Shown here in pieces: positions 50,987-62,821 of a stretch of 64,000 nucleotides of DNA (the stretch's first letter is position 1; each line of letters starts with the position of its first letter). The position numbers and the translations under genes are program-made. The stretch comes from Lepidodermella squamata (lineage: Eukaryota > Animalia > Gastrotricha). Where the stretch lies: assembly GCA_047495785.1 (NCBI GenBank), contig JBLDXI010000024.1, forward strand, positions 744,001 to 808,000, given 5' to 3'. Under the pieces are notes generated by a model. It saw nothing but the letters and a program-made list of their open reading frames with translations. It was not told the origin of the DNA and ran no database searches.

Positions 50987-53900
50987 ATGCGTGAGGTATG
51001 GGAATTTAGTATTATAAGGAATTTTATTTTAAAACTTGTTTCATTTTCCAGGTGGCTCGTAGGCCAGTATCAGAGCTTGATCCCCATGCTGACTCTCGCT
51101 CTTCAAATCTGACAGATTTCCGTCTTGTACTTTCTGAAGTCGTCGGGTCTCAAAGATCTGAGCGCTTTAACATCTTGAAGTCCTATTTTGGCCCTGATCC
51201 TGTTAGCCGATTATGTCTTTCGCTTCAATCATCTCCTGCTTCAGGTTTGAGCAAACTGACAGCTATATTATTTTTGATAAGTTTTATATTCATTAGGTCT
51301 CTCAGTTTCCAATGATCAAATCCTCGCAAGGCGCCTAAGGTTCGGCAAGAATGAGCTGCCTGGCAGCGGGAAAGCTCTTACGTTACCTTTCCTAATTTTC
51401 AATTCGATTCGAGACCCCCTTCTCTTGGTTCTGTTCATCACTTCGCTTTCATCTTTGATTCTGACAATATTGTTTGGAGATGGGAGAAAGTCTAATGATG
51501 GTGATGTCAGAAATGTTTTAATTTTGCGTAACCCTGACCATTTAATTTCTAGATTTAGAGGCGGGTGCTAGTTGGATTGAAGCTGCTGCAGTGATGATTG
51601 TTCTTACCACCTCAATAGTCATATCAGCGTTGATTAACTATCAAAAGGATCAGCAATTTGTTCAACTTCAAAGTCGCCTTGATTCTAATCTACGCTGTGC
51701 AGTCCTGCGACACTCTTCAGTCTTTTTCTTACCTGTCAAGGACATAGTTGTAGGGGATATCTGCCTCTTACAGTGCGGTCAGTGCTAAATCAATTAAACT
51801 CAGCGGTGCAATCATTAATTTCGTCATTTTTTCACATGGCTAGGTGATGTTATTCCTGCTGATGGCCTTGTTACCTACAGCAACGACCTGAAATGCGATG
51901 AAAGTGTTCTGACCGGCGAACCTGAAGTGGCGCTAAAATCGATAAAAGCCGATCCTCTATTGCTGGCCGGTTTGTTTATTTACAGTTTTAGCACAGCTAT
52001 AATGGGCAAGCACATACGCGCGCTCTGCCTACTGCGTTGCGCGGTCTATTTTATTGATTTCAAAAAAATTTGCTGAGCGGAATCTGCAATTGTAAACAAG
52101 TGCCCTCAACACCTTGCTAAAGCAAACTTTTAATTAGGTAGCTTGTCCTTGAATGTCCTCACTTGATAAAAACAAACTAATCTTTTCGTGAGAATAATGC
52201 TGTTATAGAATGCAATTGATTTAATATATAAATTCAGGCACTCAAGTTGTAAGTGGCAGCGGGCGAATGTTAGTGATAGCTGTCGGTGCGAATTCGAGGA
52301 GCGGCCAGATTTTCAAATTATTGCAAAGGATTGTTACTACATCAAATCCCCGAAGGCAGGTGTTGCATAGCATAACCGCTTCCTTTCAACCGGCATGCTG
52401 CTGCAAAGCTGAAGAAAAAGACGATTCTGTGGGCAAAATACCTGCTATTTTTATTGAGGATGTTGAGGATGGAAAATCTGAACCGGTTCAAAGTAACGAA
52501 AAGGAAAATTCGTTATTCCAAGAGCTTGACTCGAGCAGTATTCCGTGGAAATTGGGCCAGATTCACTCGCCGTTACAAGTTCGACTGATGAAGCTTGCCA
52601 TTCGAAATGGCTATATTGGTACTTAGAATAATTATCATGCGACACGTGGAAAATATTTGTCTTTAGGTGCTATCGCAGCTATCGTTACGATTTTGATCCT
52701 TGTGGCGCGGTTTTGTCTTGAGATTTTCGGAACCGAGAACCAACCGTGGTTAATGGGCTATGTACAAATTTTCTTCCGGTTCATCATATTGGGCCTCAGT
52801 TTACTTGTCATATCAGTCCCTGACGGTCTTCCATCAGCTGTAATGCTGACGGTTGCGCATTCAGCGCGGGTAAAGTTGAACATGGCTACGAAATTGCTTA
52901 TTGTAACATTTTTTAAACAGCGAATGGCGCGTGACAAGATTTTGGTGAAAGATATTGAAGCTATTGAAACGTTGGGAAACGTCACAACTATTTGCTGCAC
53001 GAAAACAGGGCTGCTAACTGCTAGCAAAAATATGGCCGTGGTTCAGGTTTTCGTTGCTGGCCATCGATTCAAGCAGGTGGAATTTACAAACATGAAACAA
53101 CTTTGGAGTGAGCGCGGTTTGCCGAAAGTGGCCATCGATCTGATCATTGAAGCTATATGCTTCACAACTAGCCGAACTTCTGTTGTGATACCGGTAAAAT
53201 CTGAAATCGCAATGTGACTTGGTATTTTTTAACCTCATGTATCCTAAGGTATTCAACCAAGCTCAGCCGGAAAAGACCGGAAATCAAACAGATTGCGCGC
53301 TGTTGAGCTTCATTCTTCACTTACTCCCGAGACCCCGGCTGACTGTTCATCGCCAGAGGATGGATAACCCCATTGATATTGTTCGAAATCGCTACTCGGA
53401 GGATTCGATTATCAAACTGTGGCCATTTTGTTCAACCCGCAAGATGGCTGGTATCGCTATCCGGCTATCTGACGGTGCTATTCGTATTTTCGTCTCAGGA
53501 GCTTTTGAATTTGTCTTGGAAAAGTTGGTTTTTCTTTGACTTATCCATTCTAATGATGCATTTATTGGTTTACTAGATGCCGTACGGTTTTGAACAGTGA
53601 TGACGTGCACGAAGAGCCCGATGGCTTCTTGCAAAGGTGTCTAAATGAAGCTGAGCTGATGAGCCGCAACGGGCTGAGAACGATCGGCGTCGCATTTCGA
53701 GACTTTTCACCTGAAAGGTACTTTTGAATTCAAATTTGCACGCATTTAAATTTTTGATTTCAGTGAAATTGACTGGTCAGACGATGATAAAGTGATGTTG
53801 GATTTAACTTGTCTCGGAATTTTCGGCATCAGCGATCCGGTTCGTGATGAAGTCCAGAATGCGGTCAAAACTTGCCGAAAAGCTGGGATTGACATTCGAC

Positions 53901-55120
53901 TAGTGACTGGTGAAAGTCTTGAAACCGCTCGAATCGCCGCAAGTTTGAGCGGCATTATTTCGCCAAAAGATTCAGAGCTACTTGTGCTTAATGGGAAGCA
54001 ACTTGATAAGAGAATAAGAAACCCATCTTCGGGGAAGTACGATCAAAAGCGGTTTGACGAAACTTGGCCAAGATTGCGAATTTTGGCCCGGGCAACACCA
54101 GAAAATCGCCGTTTACTCGTGAAAGGCATCGTAGACTCTGAAATCAACAAAAGCGGCGAAATCGTGGCTGTCGTTGGAAAAAGTCCGGACGATATGTCAG
54201 CCCTAATCGAGTCTAACATCGGCTTTTCAATGGGTCAAATCAGTTCGGAAATTGTCAAAGAAACGTCGGATTTTATACTCGTTGATAACAGTTTGCCAAC
54301 TTTGGTGCGAAGTCTTATTTGGGGCCGCAATATGTATGCAACGATCTCGAAAATTGTGCAATTTCAGTTGACGGCTAACGTTGTTGCGGCTCTTTTTACC
54401 GTTATTGTTGCGGCGATTGTTGAAGATGCCGTCATTACAGCGGTGCAATTGTTGTTTTTAAATTTTATCGTTGACATTTTGGCTTCGTTGGCGCTGTCGA
54501 GCGAAGCTCCATCGACCGATTTTCTCGCCAGTCAGCCGCCATTCGGCTATAAACGCCCACTTGTTACAGCAGTGATGGCGAAAAATATCCTCCTTAACAT
54601 TTTCTATCAACTGAGCGTGCTAATTTTTCTGACTTTTTACGGTGAAAATTTGTTCTTAGTCGAGTCAGGCCGACGGATCCATCTTATTTCGCGGGTTGCC
54701 TACGGCATGCCAACTCAGCATTTCACGGCTGTTTTTAACGTTTTCGCCCTCATGACCTTGCTAAATCTGCTCTGCGCAAGGTGCCTCGAAAATCAGCGCA
54801 ATATTTTCGCAGAAATTCACAGAAACAAAATTTTCATCTGCCTGTGGTTCGGAACGTTGATCAGCGTAGTTTTGGTCGTTCAATTCGGCTCGGTGGTTTT
54901 CAGAACCGCCCCACTCAGCCTCATTACGTGGCTGTGGTGCCTGCCATTCGTAGCTGGGCAATTAGTTTGGCATCAGATTATTGCGACTCTCCCTCTAGAA
55001 CGGAGCTACACTTTCAAACGCTGGTTTTGTTCGATTAGTGATGAATCATCACAGGTAAAAAATGACCAGCAGCCGAATAACGAGGCTAAAAACAGAAAAA
55101 TATATCTCATCGATTGTTGA
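50987..55120 (+). CDS. PMCA (P2B Ca2+-ATPase)-like protein with degenerate catalytic motifs, ~11 exons
   Basis: PMCA landmarks FGKNELP, WIEAAA, DIVVGDIC, GDVIPADG, GNQTDCALL, GLRTI, DPVRDEV..AVKTC.KAGI, WPRLRILAR, WGRNMY..I.K..QFQLT.NV, PTQHFT.VFN.F. All exons join in frame through GT-AG introns. DKTGT reads TKTGL. Confidence 0.9.
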
Positions 55121-55262
55121 CATTTCCTGATATCTACCTCTTTCAGTATTGTTCTGACTAATATTTTCGGAAAAAGTTGTGAATCACTGGCAATATTATT
55201 TTCTAATGAAATAAAGCGATTATTTTGTTCGAAAAATTGCAAAATTGTTTATTTGTTGAAAA

Positions 55263-55739
55263 TTATTCGTCGCATGTGTGACATTTTTCAGGAGGTATGC
55301 CCATAAAATAAGTTGGAATAATATGAACTAGGGTCACAGTAGATAAGGCGACGCAGTTGAGTACGACCTGAGCCAGCTTAATGTGCGAATAGTCCTGCGT
55401 TACCTCGTAGATGGCGAGTGCTACAACGGCGATGTTGAGTAGAAGCACGAAAAGGCTGGCGACGAACTTGAATCGAGCAACAGACGACTTTCGAAGATCG
55501 TTTCTTGTTGCTTTCATCGCTTGAGAGAAATTTGAGGCTAGTGTTAACACTCCGGTTTGAACGCCGTGGGTGACACCGCCAACACCGCCAATTATAGCAG
55601 ATCCTGACTTTCCAATAACATCGCCGACGCCGCCGATTATCGCGGTCCCGGATTTTCCTATAACACCGCCCACTGTCATAATAGCTGCCGCAGCTATGTT
55701 AGGTTGATGCTGATTTTGACTTGACGTCGAAGCAGCCAT
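55263..55739 (-). CDS. Unknown 158-aa membrane protein with a Gly-rich 15-aa tandem repeat and two C-terminal TM helices
   Basis: Single ORF from ATG; G(G/D)VIGKSG(T/S)AIIGGV x2; hydrophobic segments FVASLFVLLLNIAVVALAIY and VVLNCVALSTVTLVHIIPTYF. Confidence 0.6.
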   Translation of the reverse strand: MAASTSSQNQHQPNIAAAAIMTVGGVIGKSGTAIIGGVGDVIGKSGSAIIGGVGGVTHGVQTGVLTLASNFSQAMKATRNDLRKSSVARFKFVASLFVLLLNIAVVALAIYEVTQDYSHIKLAQVVLNCVALSTVTLVHIIPTYFMGIPPEKCHTCDE

Positions 55740-58478
55740 TCAGGCGGCAAAATTGAAAGAAGACTTAACTGCGCGAAAAATGAATATCACCTCATGGTAT
55801 GATGCATAGCTGCTATTTGTGTGCAGGTAAGACGATGAATGTAGCGTTTTTTTCATGCGTGTTTTTTCTCTCGACTAATAGTACTACAAATGACGTTGGC
55901 CAGTACTATGTATCATGTACTCAAGTGTATGAATAAGCGTTTTGTGCGGTGAATACAAAAAGTACGCGCTTATGTAAAGCCTGGCTTGGCGAATACTTTC
56001 ACAACGTAACATACAGGGTGTTACGTTTTGTGAAATTTTGATGATTCCTTGAAGTTCAATTTTTTATTGAAAATGGCAGCGCTTATCGTCTCTCGAATTG
56101 TGTAACTTTCGGAAAAATAAAATATTCAGGGAGCAGCAATGAACTCCCCACTGGATTGACAAAAGCGTTACATTGATGACCCATCAGGGAAAAAATCGCA
56201 CAGTTGAGCAGAAATATTACCTGAGATTAGGCAAATTTGTTCGGTAACTGTGTCATAACTTTTCGGAATGAAAATAGTGGGTGAAAGATCCTGCTGCGTT
56301 CCATTGTTCACAATCCCTTATTGTACGTTTTTTACCTCATTAATAAGCGGTAATCTTCGTGTAAAGCAAGGTTCTAGTTGCTTAACCCGAAAGAAAATTC
56401 CTCCGGGTGGTTTCGCTATTAATTTGAAATATCCCAAAACTCCATGAGCAATCTCGGTGAAAAACCCTGAAAAATGCATAAAAATCCCTGAACTTTGACC
56501 TCGGAAGCCTCTGAAATTTTTAGAGATTTCTGGCAATTTTCAGGGATTTTTACCGACGTTGTTCAGGGTTATTTTAGGATATTTCAAATTATTAGCGAAA
56601 ACATCTGGAGGAATTCATGTTCGGGAATTCCGGATCTTTCGTCTTCGTTCTGTTATATCTTCGAAAGGAAAATCTATCGCTCCAAGCTAGTAGAGAAAGC
56701 GGGTTTTTAGATTGATATACGTGGTAAATTCAAGCGTCACGATCTTGGAGATTGCTGCTGTAGTAACTCGGCCAAGTTTTACCTAGCTGAACATTTACTG
56801 CTTACAATGCATTTTTGGCAACAAAATAAAAGTCAAAATGGAACAGTTGTCGCCTTTATCAAAGAAATTTAATAAATCAATTGAAATTGTTTCAAGAGTT
56901 CTCCAAATGAGAATCCGATGGTAACGGTTAACGAGCACCACTCGTTGAGACTTGTCGTAGTCCACGATTCCTTGGGGTATCTTTCGTCACAGCACCATTA
57001 GCCGAACAAGTTTGCCTTTTCCGCTTTCGAGGGCAACAGGAAGATACCATTATCGCCATTATCGTAAAGAAACACATAGAAAATATTCACTTCCCTAACG
57101 AATTTATGATGGCACAAATTTCCCATGAAGGCTTTATCTTTTTATGGGCAATGTTTGATCAGCTTGGCCTATACGTGAATATGATTCATAAGTGAACTCA
57201 GCTCCCTCAATTCTTTTTAATTGGATTTTCTAATTATTCATTTGGAGTGAATTCGAAAGTTCTCAACCTGATGGCTGATGCCGGATTATCAAGTATTTCT
57301 TGAAAGTTCAACTGAACAGTGGCAAATACTGAATAAATTCCACGTTTTTCTGTTTCTTTGCGAGGCTTTTTTTGAGGAAATAACGTTTGAAAGCACGGAC
57401 ACTTAATTTCAGGTGAAAACTGTTTTACAATAATATTGCATATGCAACCAAAACAAACAAGACTTTTTACATTTGGGCACACCTCGCCAGTATAGCCCAC
57501 CCGCTATTTTATTGTTAGACAAACAAACAAGCAAACCGGCGTTGAAACACTCGTCGACGAAGACGATCTTGAACTCGAGTGGTCACACTTTGCAAGTCGT
57601 TTCTGAATTATACATAACTTCCGCGTTTTTACACGACCGTATCGTCATCATCATTTTTGGCTCGCGCGCTTTGTTATTTTAACCCGTATATGTAAATACT
57701 TGGTGGGTTTTCAAATGGGCTGCGATAGCCAGCCGTTCTGCGCTACGTCATTGCTCCCCTGCGTCGTTGCTGTTGTTTTTGCGCGTTGTATTTTTCCCTA
57801 ATATATTGCCACGCGAATTCAGGAAATTCTAATATACATGTCGTAAAAATTGCGACAGGCGACACGGAAAAGCTGCACTGTTTTTCGCGCGCGCAACAAA
57901 ATGTGCACTCCATCACACACACCGCGCCGCCTCATTGAGGTTGATATTTACCTATATTGTTATAATAAAGCCGAATTATTTATTTTTATAACTCACGGGT
58001 GACTAAAATATATCTATGCACGTGCTGCGTTTCAGCCATTAAATGCCGGACACGTATATTTTTCTGAAAATAATACAAAAATATTACCGTAAAAAAGTAG
58101 AGCAACAATAAACTGTTTCGCGGCAACATCAAAACGTCACCTGGGCTTTAGTGAAATGCGCTCTTGGCACGTACCAGGATATTTTTTGAACATTAAATAT
58201 TCACAAATAAACGCATCAGGAATGTATAGCATGGTGGCGATTTAATTACACCGATAACTGCAGTTGTATTAATATTTTTAGGCGAAAAAAGACCGCGTCG
58301 CGCGAGTTCATTATCACTTTTAAGATAAATTATGAGAAGCTATGGTGGTGTGCGCAGATTAATTTATACACACCCTAGCGCATGTTTCACGTGCACGCGC
58401 TGATATGCGCCATGGCGCCGCCGTCATCATCGACTTCGTCATCATCATCACCGCTGTTCATCCAACAACGACGACGCT

Positions 58479-61071
58479 ATGACTTGTCGCCGTGAACGTC
58501 AAAAACGAAGCCGACATTGGCTCTACGTCGCGCCCAGACATCACTTTTCATTCACCGCCTTCGTTTTCCTCCTTATCGCAAAATCAGTTTTCGCCTATAA
58601 TGCAACGGTAATGAAACCTCCACCTTAATTCCATAGAAGATTCGATAAACTTCGCTTTTAATATTAGTGCCAAGTGCCGATTGCGTTTTTTGGCGCAATT
58701 GTGATAGATAGCACCGTTTTCATCGAAACGCCTACCGATTACTTCCCCATCAACACTACGATTAAACTTACGTGTTTGAACGAATTTGTTGTACGAGGCG
58801 CTGATAGCAGCACTTGCACCCAAGATGGCTGGCGGCCCCGACTTGGCATATGCATACAACGTGAATTTTCGATTTTTTTATTCCCATTTGACTAATTTTC
58901 GAATATTATTTTCCAGCTCTGCGCACAACTACAACCCCAGCTTACGATCTATCAGGTGAGGCTAATTTTACGTCTTATCGAAGCCTCAATTGAATCTATT
59001 TAGTTCTTGATTATGCCGTGGCAACTAATGACGAGGAGTTGGTCAAAAATTTATTGGACCGAGGCGCCGATGTGAATCAGCGTGTTCCGATTCGCGTTCC
59101 TCAGCCGAATAACCGACAGTGGGACATTCTTTCAAACGGCACGCTGCTTATGTTAGCTGCATCGTCGCGCTTCCACCAATCAATGCTTTCATTACTGATC
59201 GAACGCGGGGCAAATGTGAATGCCAGAAATCGCTTCGGCTGGTCAGGTAAAGACTAAGCAAAATCGTTAAGTCAATGTTCGATAATGGAATCCTGGAAAT
59301 GTTTATCAAGTGCTTAGAAATAGGATCCGATCGTTTCTAAATTATTACCAAGTGCCAATCGTAATTTCCGGACAAATGGAGCAATCTTAACGATTTTTTC
59401 CTGTTTTTCAATTATTTTTTCATGATTTTTTTTAATTAGGCCTGATGTGGGCGGCATCGAATGGTTACATTGGCAACATGAAACTGCTTATTGACAAAGG
59501 CGCGGATGTGAACGCTCGAAACCGGCACGGTTATACGCCGCTGATGTACGCGGCGCAGAGCGGCTTCGTCACCGCGTGCCGCATGCTGGTCGAGGCCGGC
59601 GCTCAGTTGGACGCGCGCAACGACCGCAACTCCACGGCGCTGCTGCTCGCGGTGAAGAACGGCCATGCGGCTGTCGTCGATTTACTGCTGCACGTCGGCG
59701 CCGATATGAACCAGGCGGCTGATGACTGGACCGCCTTGATGCACGCAGCTTCCCATGGCTTCACCGCAACTGCGAATCGATTACTCGGTAAAAAATAACT
59801 AAATAAATTTATTTCGGAAAATTTGGGGGCAAATGTAGTGAAAGTTGTCTAAACGGAACGTTCTCGGGTGGCCCGATCCAGAAGTGTGGACTTTGACAGT
59901 ATAATTTTGCTGTCTAAAGTTCAACACGGACTTTCTAGATTTTCTAAACCGGACGGATTTTGGGGTCCGAGTCCGGTTTAGGCATGAAAAGAGTATAGAG
60001 AAAACTGCAGGCACCTGCCTGGCATGAGACAACTCGACGAATTTGAAACTTTTCTATCATTCCGGATCTAGCATCTAGGGTCTATGTTGATCAATTATTT
60101 TTATGGAAAGGTATGAAATGAATGAAGTTTGTAAAATGTGCAAAATCCTAATTTTCCTAACTATTAATATTCCTAACTAAAATATTTCCTAACTCACTCT
60201 GGTATGAAATAATCTGGACTTCGTCTAAATCGGACCTATTTGTCTGGCGCGACCCGAGTCCGGTTTAGACAATTTTCACTGTACAGCCGAAAGCGTGGAT
60301 GGCTTTGAACAAAAAAAATAGCCCACACGAGCTTGTCCTATTTTCGCCCAAAGTTGGGGACAGGTTGGAGATCAAAGCAACCAAAAATAGAAAGTGTAGC
60401 AGACAGACTGGAAATTTAAAAATAGATTGGTGTTTATGAGATGATTTTTACTGTTCTCATTAAATTAAACTAGAAAAAACATGCTGGTAAAAATTAGGCC
60501 AAAATTGCTGATAACCTTGACCTGAGCTAATTATTTCTGAGAGTGTCCCATTTTTCAGACCACATAAATATTATAATATAATCCTATTTTTCCTTCCACT
60601 TTGAGGATAGCCTAAATTTTGTAATTTTCGCATGTGATAGAACACGGAGCCGACCCGAATAAGCGCTGCGATTACGAAAATTTAACCGCGCTAATCATCG
60701 CAGCGATGAACGGTCAGACCGATGTCGCGTCCTTGCTTATCGATAACGGTGCCAATATCGATGCACGGGACGCCTATGGCACAACGCCGCTCATCTATGC
60801 CGTGCGAAATGGCTGGATAGACACGGCTGAGTTGCTTCTTCAGCGCGGCGCCGATGTTAACATTCGCGACTCATCGGGTCGAACTGCACTCGACAACGCG
60901 CTCGAGTCTTTCGCTGCATCGCCTTTTCAAAGGGAAATCGTTGACTTGCTGGAGAGGCGAGGAATGGCTGCCTCAACTCAACGACCGCCAATCACGCTCG
61001 CCAGTAAAAAATCATCAGTAAAAGGCTGTCAAGGCTTCAGCTGTGTTTTGAAGTTCAAAGTCGTTCAGTGA
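58479..61071 (+). CDS. Signal peptide + sushi/CCP domain + ankyrin repeats, 6 exons
   Basis: Exon 1 ends FSFTAFVFLLIAKSVFAYNAT; exon 2 CQVP...IKLTCLNEFVVRGADSSTCTQDGWRPRLGIC (sushi); exon 3 PLRTTTTPAYDLS; exons 4-6 ankyrin repeats (GADVN, GYTPLMYAA, GTTPLIYAV, GRTALD). Splice phases consistent. Confidence 0.78.
59836..60281. mobile_element. Pogo/Tigger-like MITE in the ankyrin gene intron
   Basis: Left TAGTGAAAGTTGTCTAAACGGAAC versus right (reverse complement) CAGTGAAAATTGTCTAAACCGGAC followed by TA; internal TCTAAACCGGAC/GTCCGGTTTAG subterminal repeats. Confidence 0.7.
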
Positions 61072-61524
61072 ATTTCGAGAAAATTCCATAATTTATTTAT
61101 ATTTAATATTTATAAAATATATATTGCTAAACAAAATAACTGTCTATTTTGTAGAGAGAGTGAGACATTAAATTCTTCAAAGGTTTTGATAAATAAAACA
61201 CGATGACTTGGAAAGCGCAGAAGACCTTTCGAAACATGACGTTGGTCTCGTTTTCAGTTCAAACAGACCTTGATGGCCGAGCACGTGCCGAACGTGACGT
61301 CCGCCCAGTAAAAACTGCAACAACAGCTCTGTTTTGACTCCAGACGGAAAAATAAGTCATAAACAAGTTGTTTTTATTCGTAAACAAACCATATTCTTGG
61401 GCCTATTCCATTGGCAGTACAAATGACACTGATTTTCCGTGCTAGTAATAAGAATATTACCACTACCGTTCAGCCTCCAAAATCATAAGCTTCGTTGTTG
61501 AATTCATCAGAACTGAATGATAAA

Positions 61525-61890
61525 ATGGAAGAATGCCTCTTCCGATTTGCTGTTTGTACGATGTGTATGGCGATCCTCACGTTACTTGGTGCTGTTGTTG
61601 GCTACCTGATTTTCCCCGGCGATTCGATGATTTGCATGATCGGCATGTTCAGCGGCCTCTTTATCGGTCTTTTTCTCGGCTGTGCCATTTTTCACGCGCT
61701 ACGGCTAGAAGATTTCGACATATGGTGAGTCAACCTAAATAAATGATAAAATCCACCTTAAATTACAAATTATCTTATTAGGGTTTTGACTCGTATGACC
61801 AAACGATTATCAGCCGCGGCGACAAAAGCGGCAAGCAGTCGCGACAAGCACATGTTCAGCTCGAACAGCGACGTGGTTATTCATATATAA
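61525..61890 (+). CDS. Small two-TM glycine-zipper protein, 2 exons
   Basis: MEECLF...LLGAVVGYLIF...MIGMFSGLFIGLFLGCAIF; GTGAGT donor at ~61725 and TTAG acceptor at ~61781 extend the frame to TAA 61888-61890. Confidence 0.6.
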
Positions 61891-62160
61891 TAGAAAATAA
61901 TTTAACTAAAATGTATAATAATATAGAAAAATATTTACATCTGTTGAGAAATAATCTAAAAATATCGCTTTTCATACTGCTAATTTTTCTTATAATGGCA
62001 ATAAAATATTGAAATTATTACGATGGCTTGTGTGTTAAGGTGATTATCATGCCATTTTCTTGATCTTTTACGCAAACAATGCCAAAATGTGCCCATCGTT
62101 CACGTGAAAAATTCACGATATAACAAGCAACCTCGAGAAAGTAGATCTATAGAAGCTCAG

Positions 62161-62433
62161 ATGTCGTTTCGAATGAATTTCCTCATTAACGGAATTGCGA
62201 TAACTTGTCTCGGCGGCAGTTTGGGAGCGCTGATTGGCTATGTATCGGTCAGTGCCGCTTGTCGCGACGAGTGCGACGTATTTGTTGGGACGATCGGCTG
62301 CACAGGCGGCTTCGTTATCGGCGCGTGCCTCGGCTTGTCAATACTTCTCATTCACTCGTTTTTCCATCATTTGCGGCAGCCAAATGTTGATGACCTACAT
62401 TCGAGCGACCAGTCGTCATTGCAATCAGCCTGA
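62161..62433 (+). CDS. Small two-TM glycine-zipper protein, probable paralog of the preceding gene
   Basis: MSFRMNFLI...SLGALIGYVSV...TIGCTGGFVIGACLGLSILL; same Gly spacing as the neighbour. Confidence 0.6.
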   Translation: MSFRMNFLINGIAITCLGGSLGALIGYVSVSAACRDECDVFVGTIGCTGGFVIGACLGLSILLIHSFFHHLRQPNVDDLHSSDQSSLQSA

Positions 62434-62774
62434 CCTGCTAGAAACAATAATGTCGACAAACCTTGACCTATTTTCAATGCGCCGTGTGCTTTCAAAATAT
62501 TTCCTCCACCTTAATTAAATTGAATTAATAAATTGTTATTCATCGATAAATATGTTTTATGCTTTTTCGTCATCAAAATGAGGAGGCGTAATGACACTTG
62601 AGTTCAACCTGAAAAATTACATGACGTTGATCAGAAGGTGTCGAAAATGCAATAAAAAATCAAACTTAATTTGAAAGTAGGTTGGTTAAACACTTCAAGA
62701 ATAATGACGCAGTGTTTACTGTTCAGAAGGGATCATAAAACGTTGACACCTTCCTACCTAGAGCTCAGCCAAGG

Positions 62775-62784
62775 CTATATAAAA
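62775..62784 (+). promoter_or_regulatory. Candidate TATA box of the DD3-3-like gene
   Basis: CTATATAAAA ~45 nt upstream of the ATG at 62822. Confidence 0.4.
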
Positions 62785-62821
62785 CGCCCTTGAATTGGAT
62801 TTTAGACCTAATTTTTTGGAA

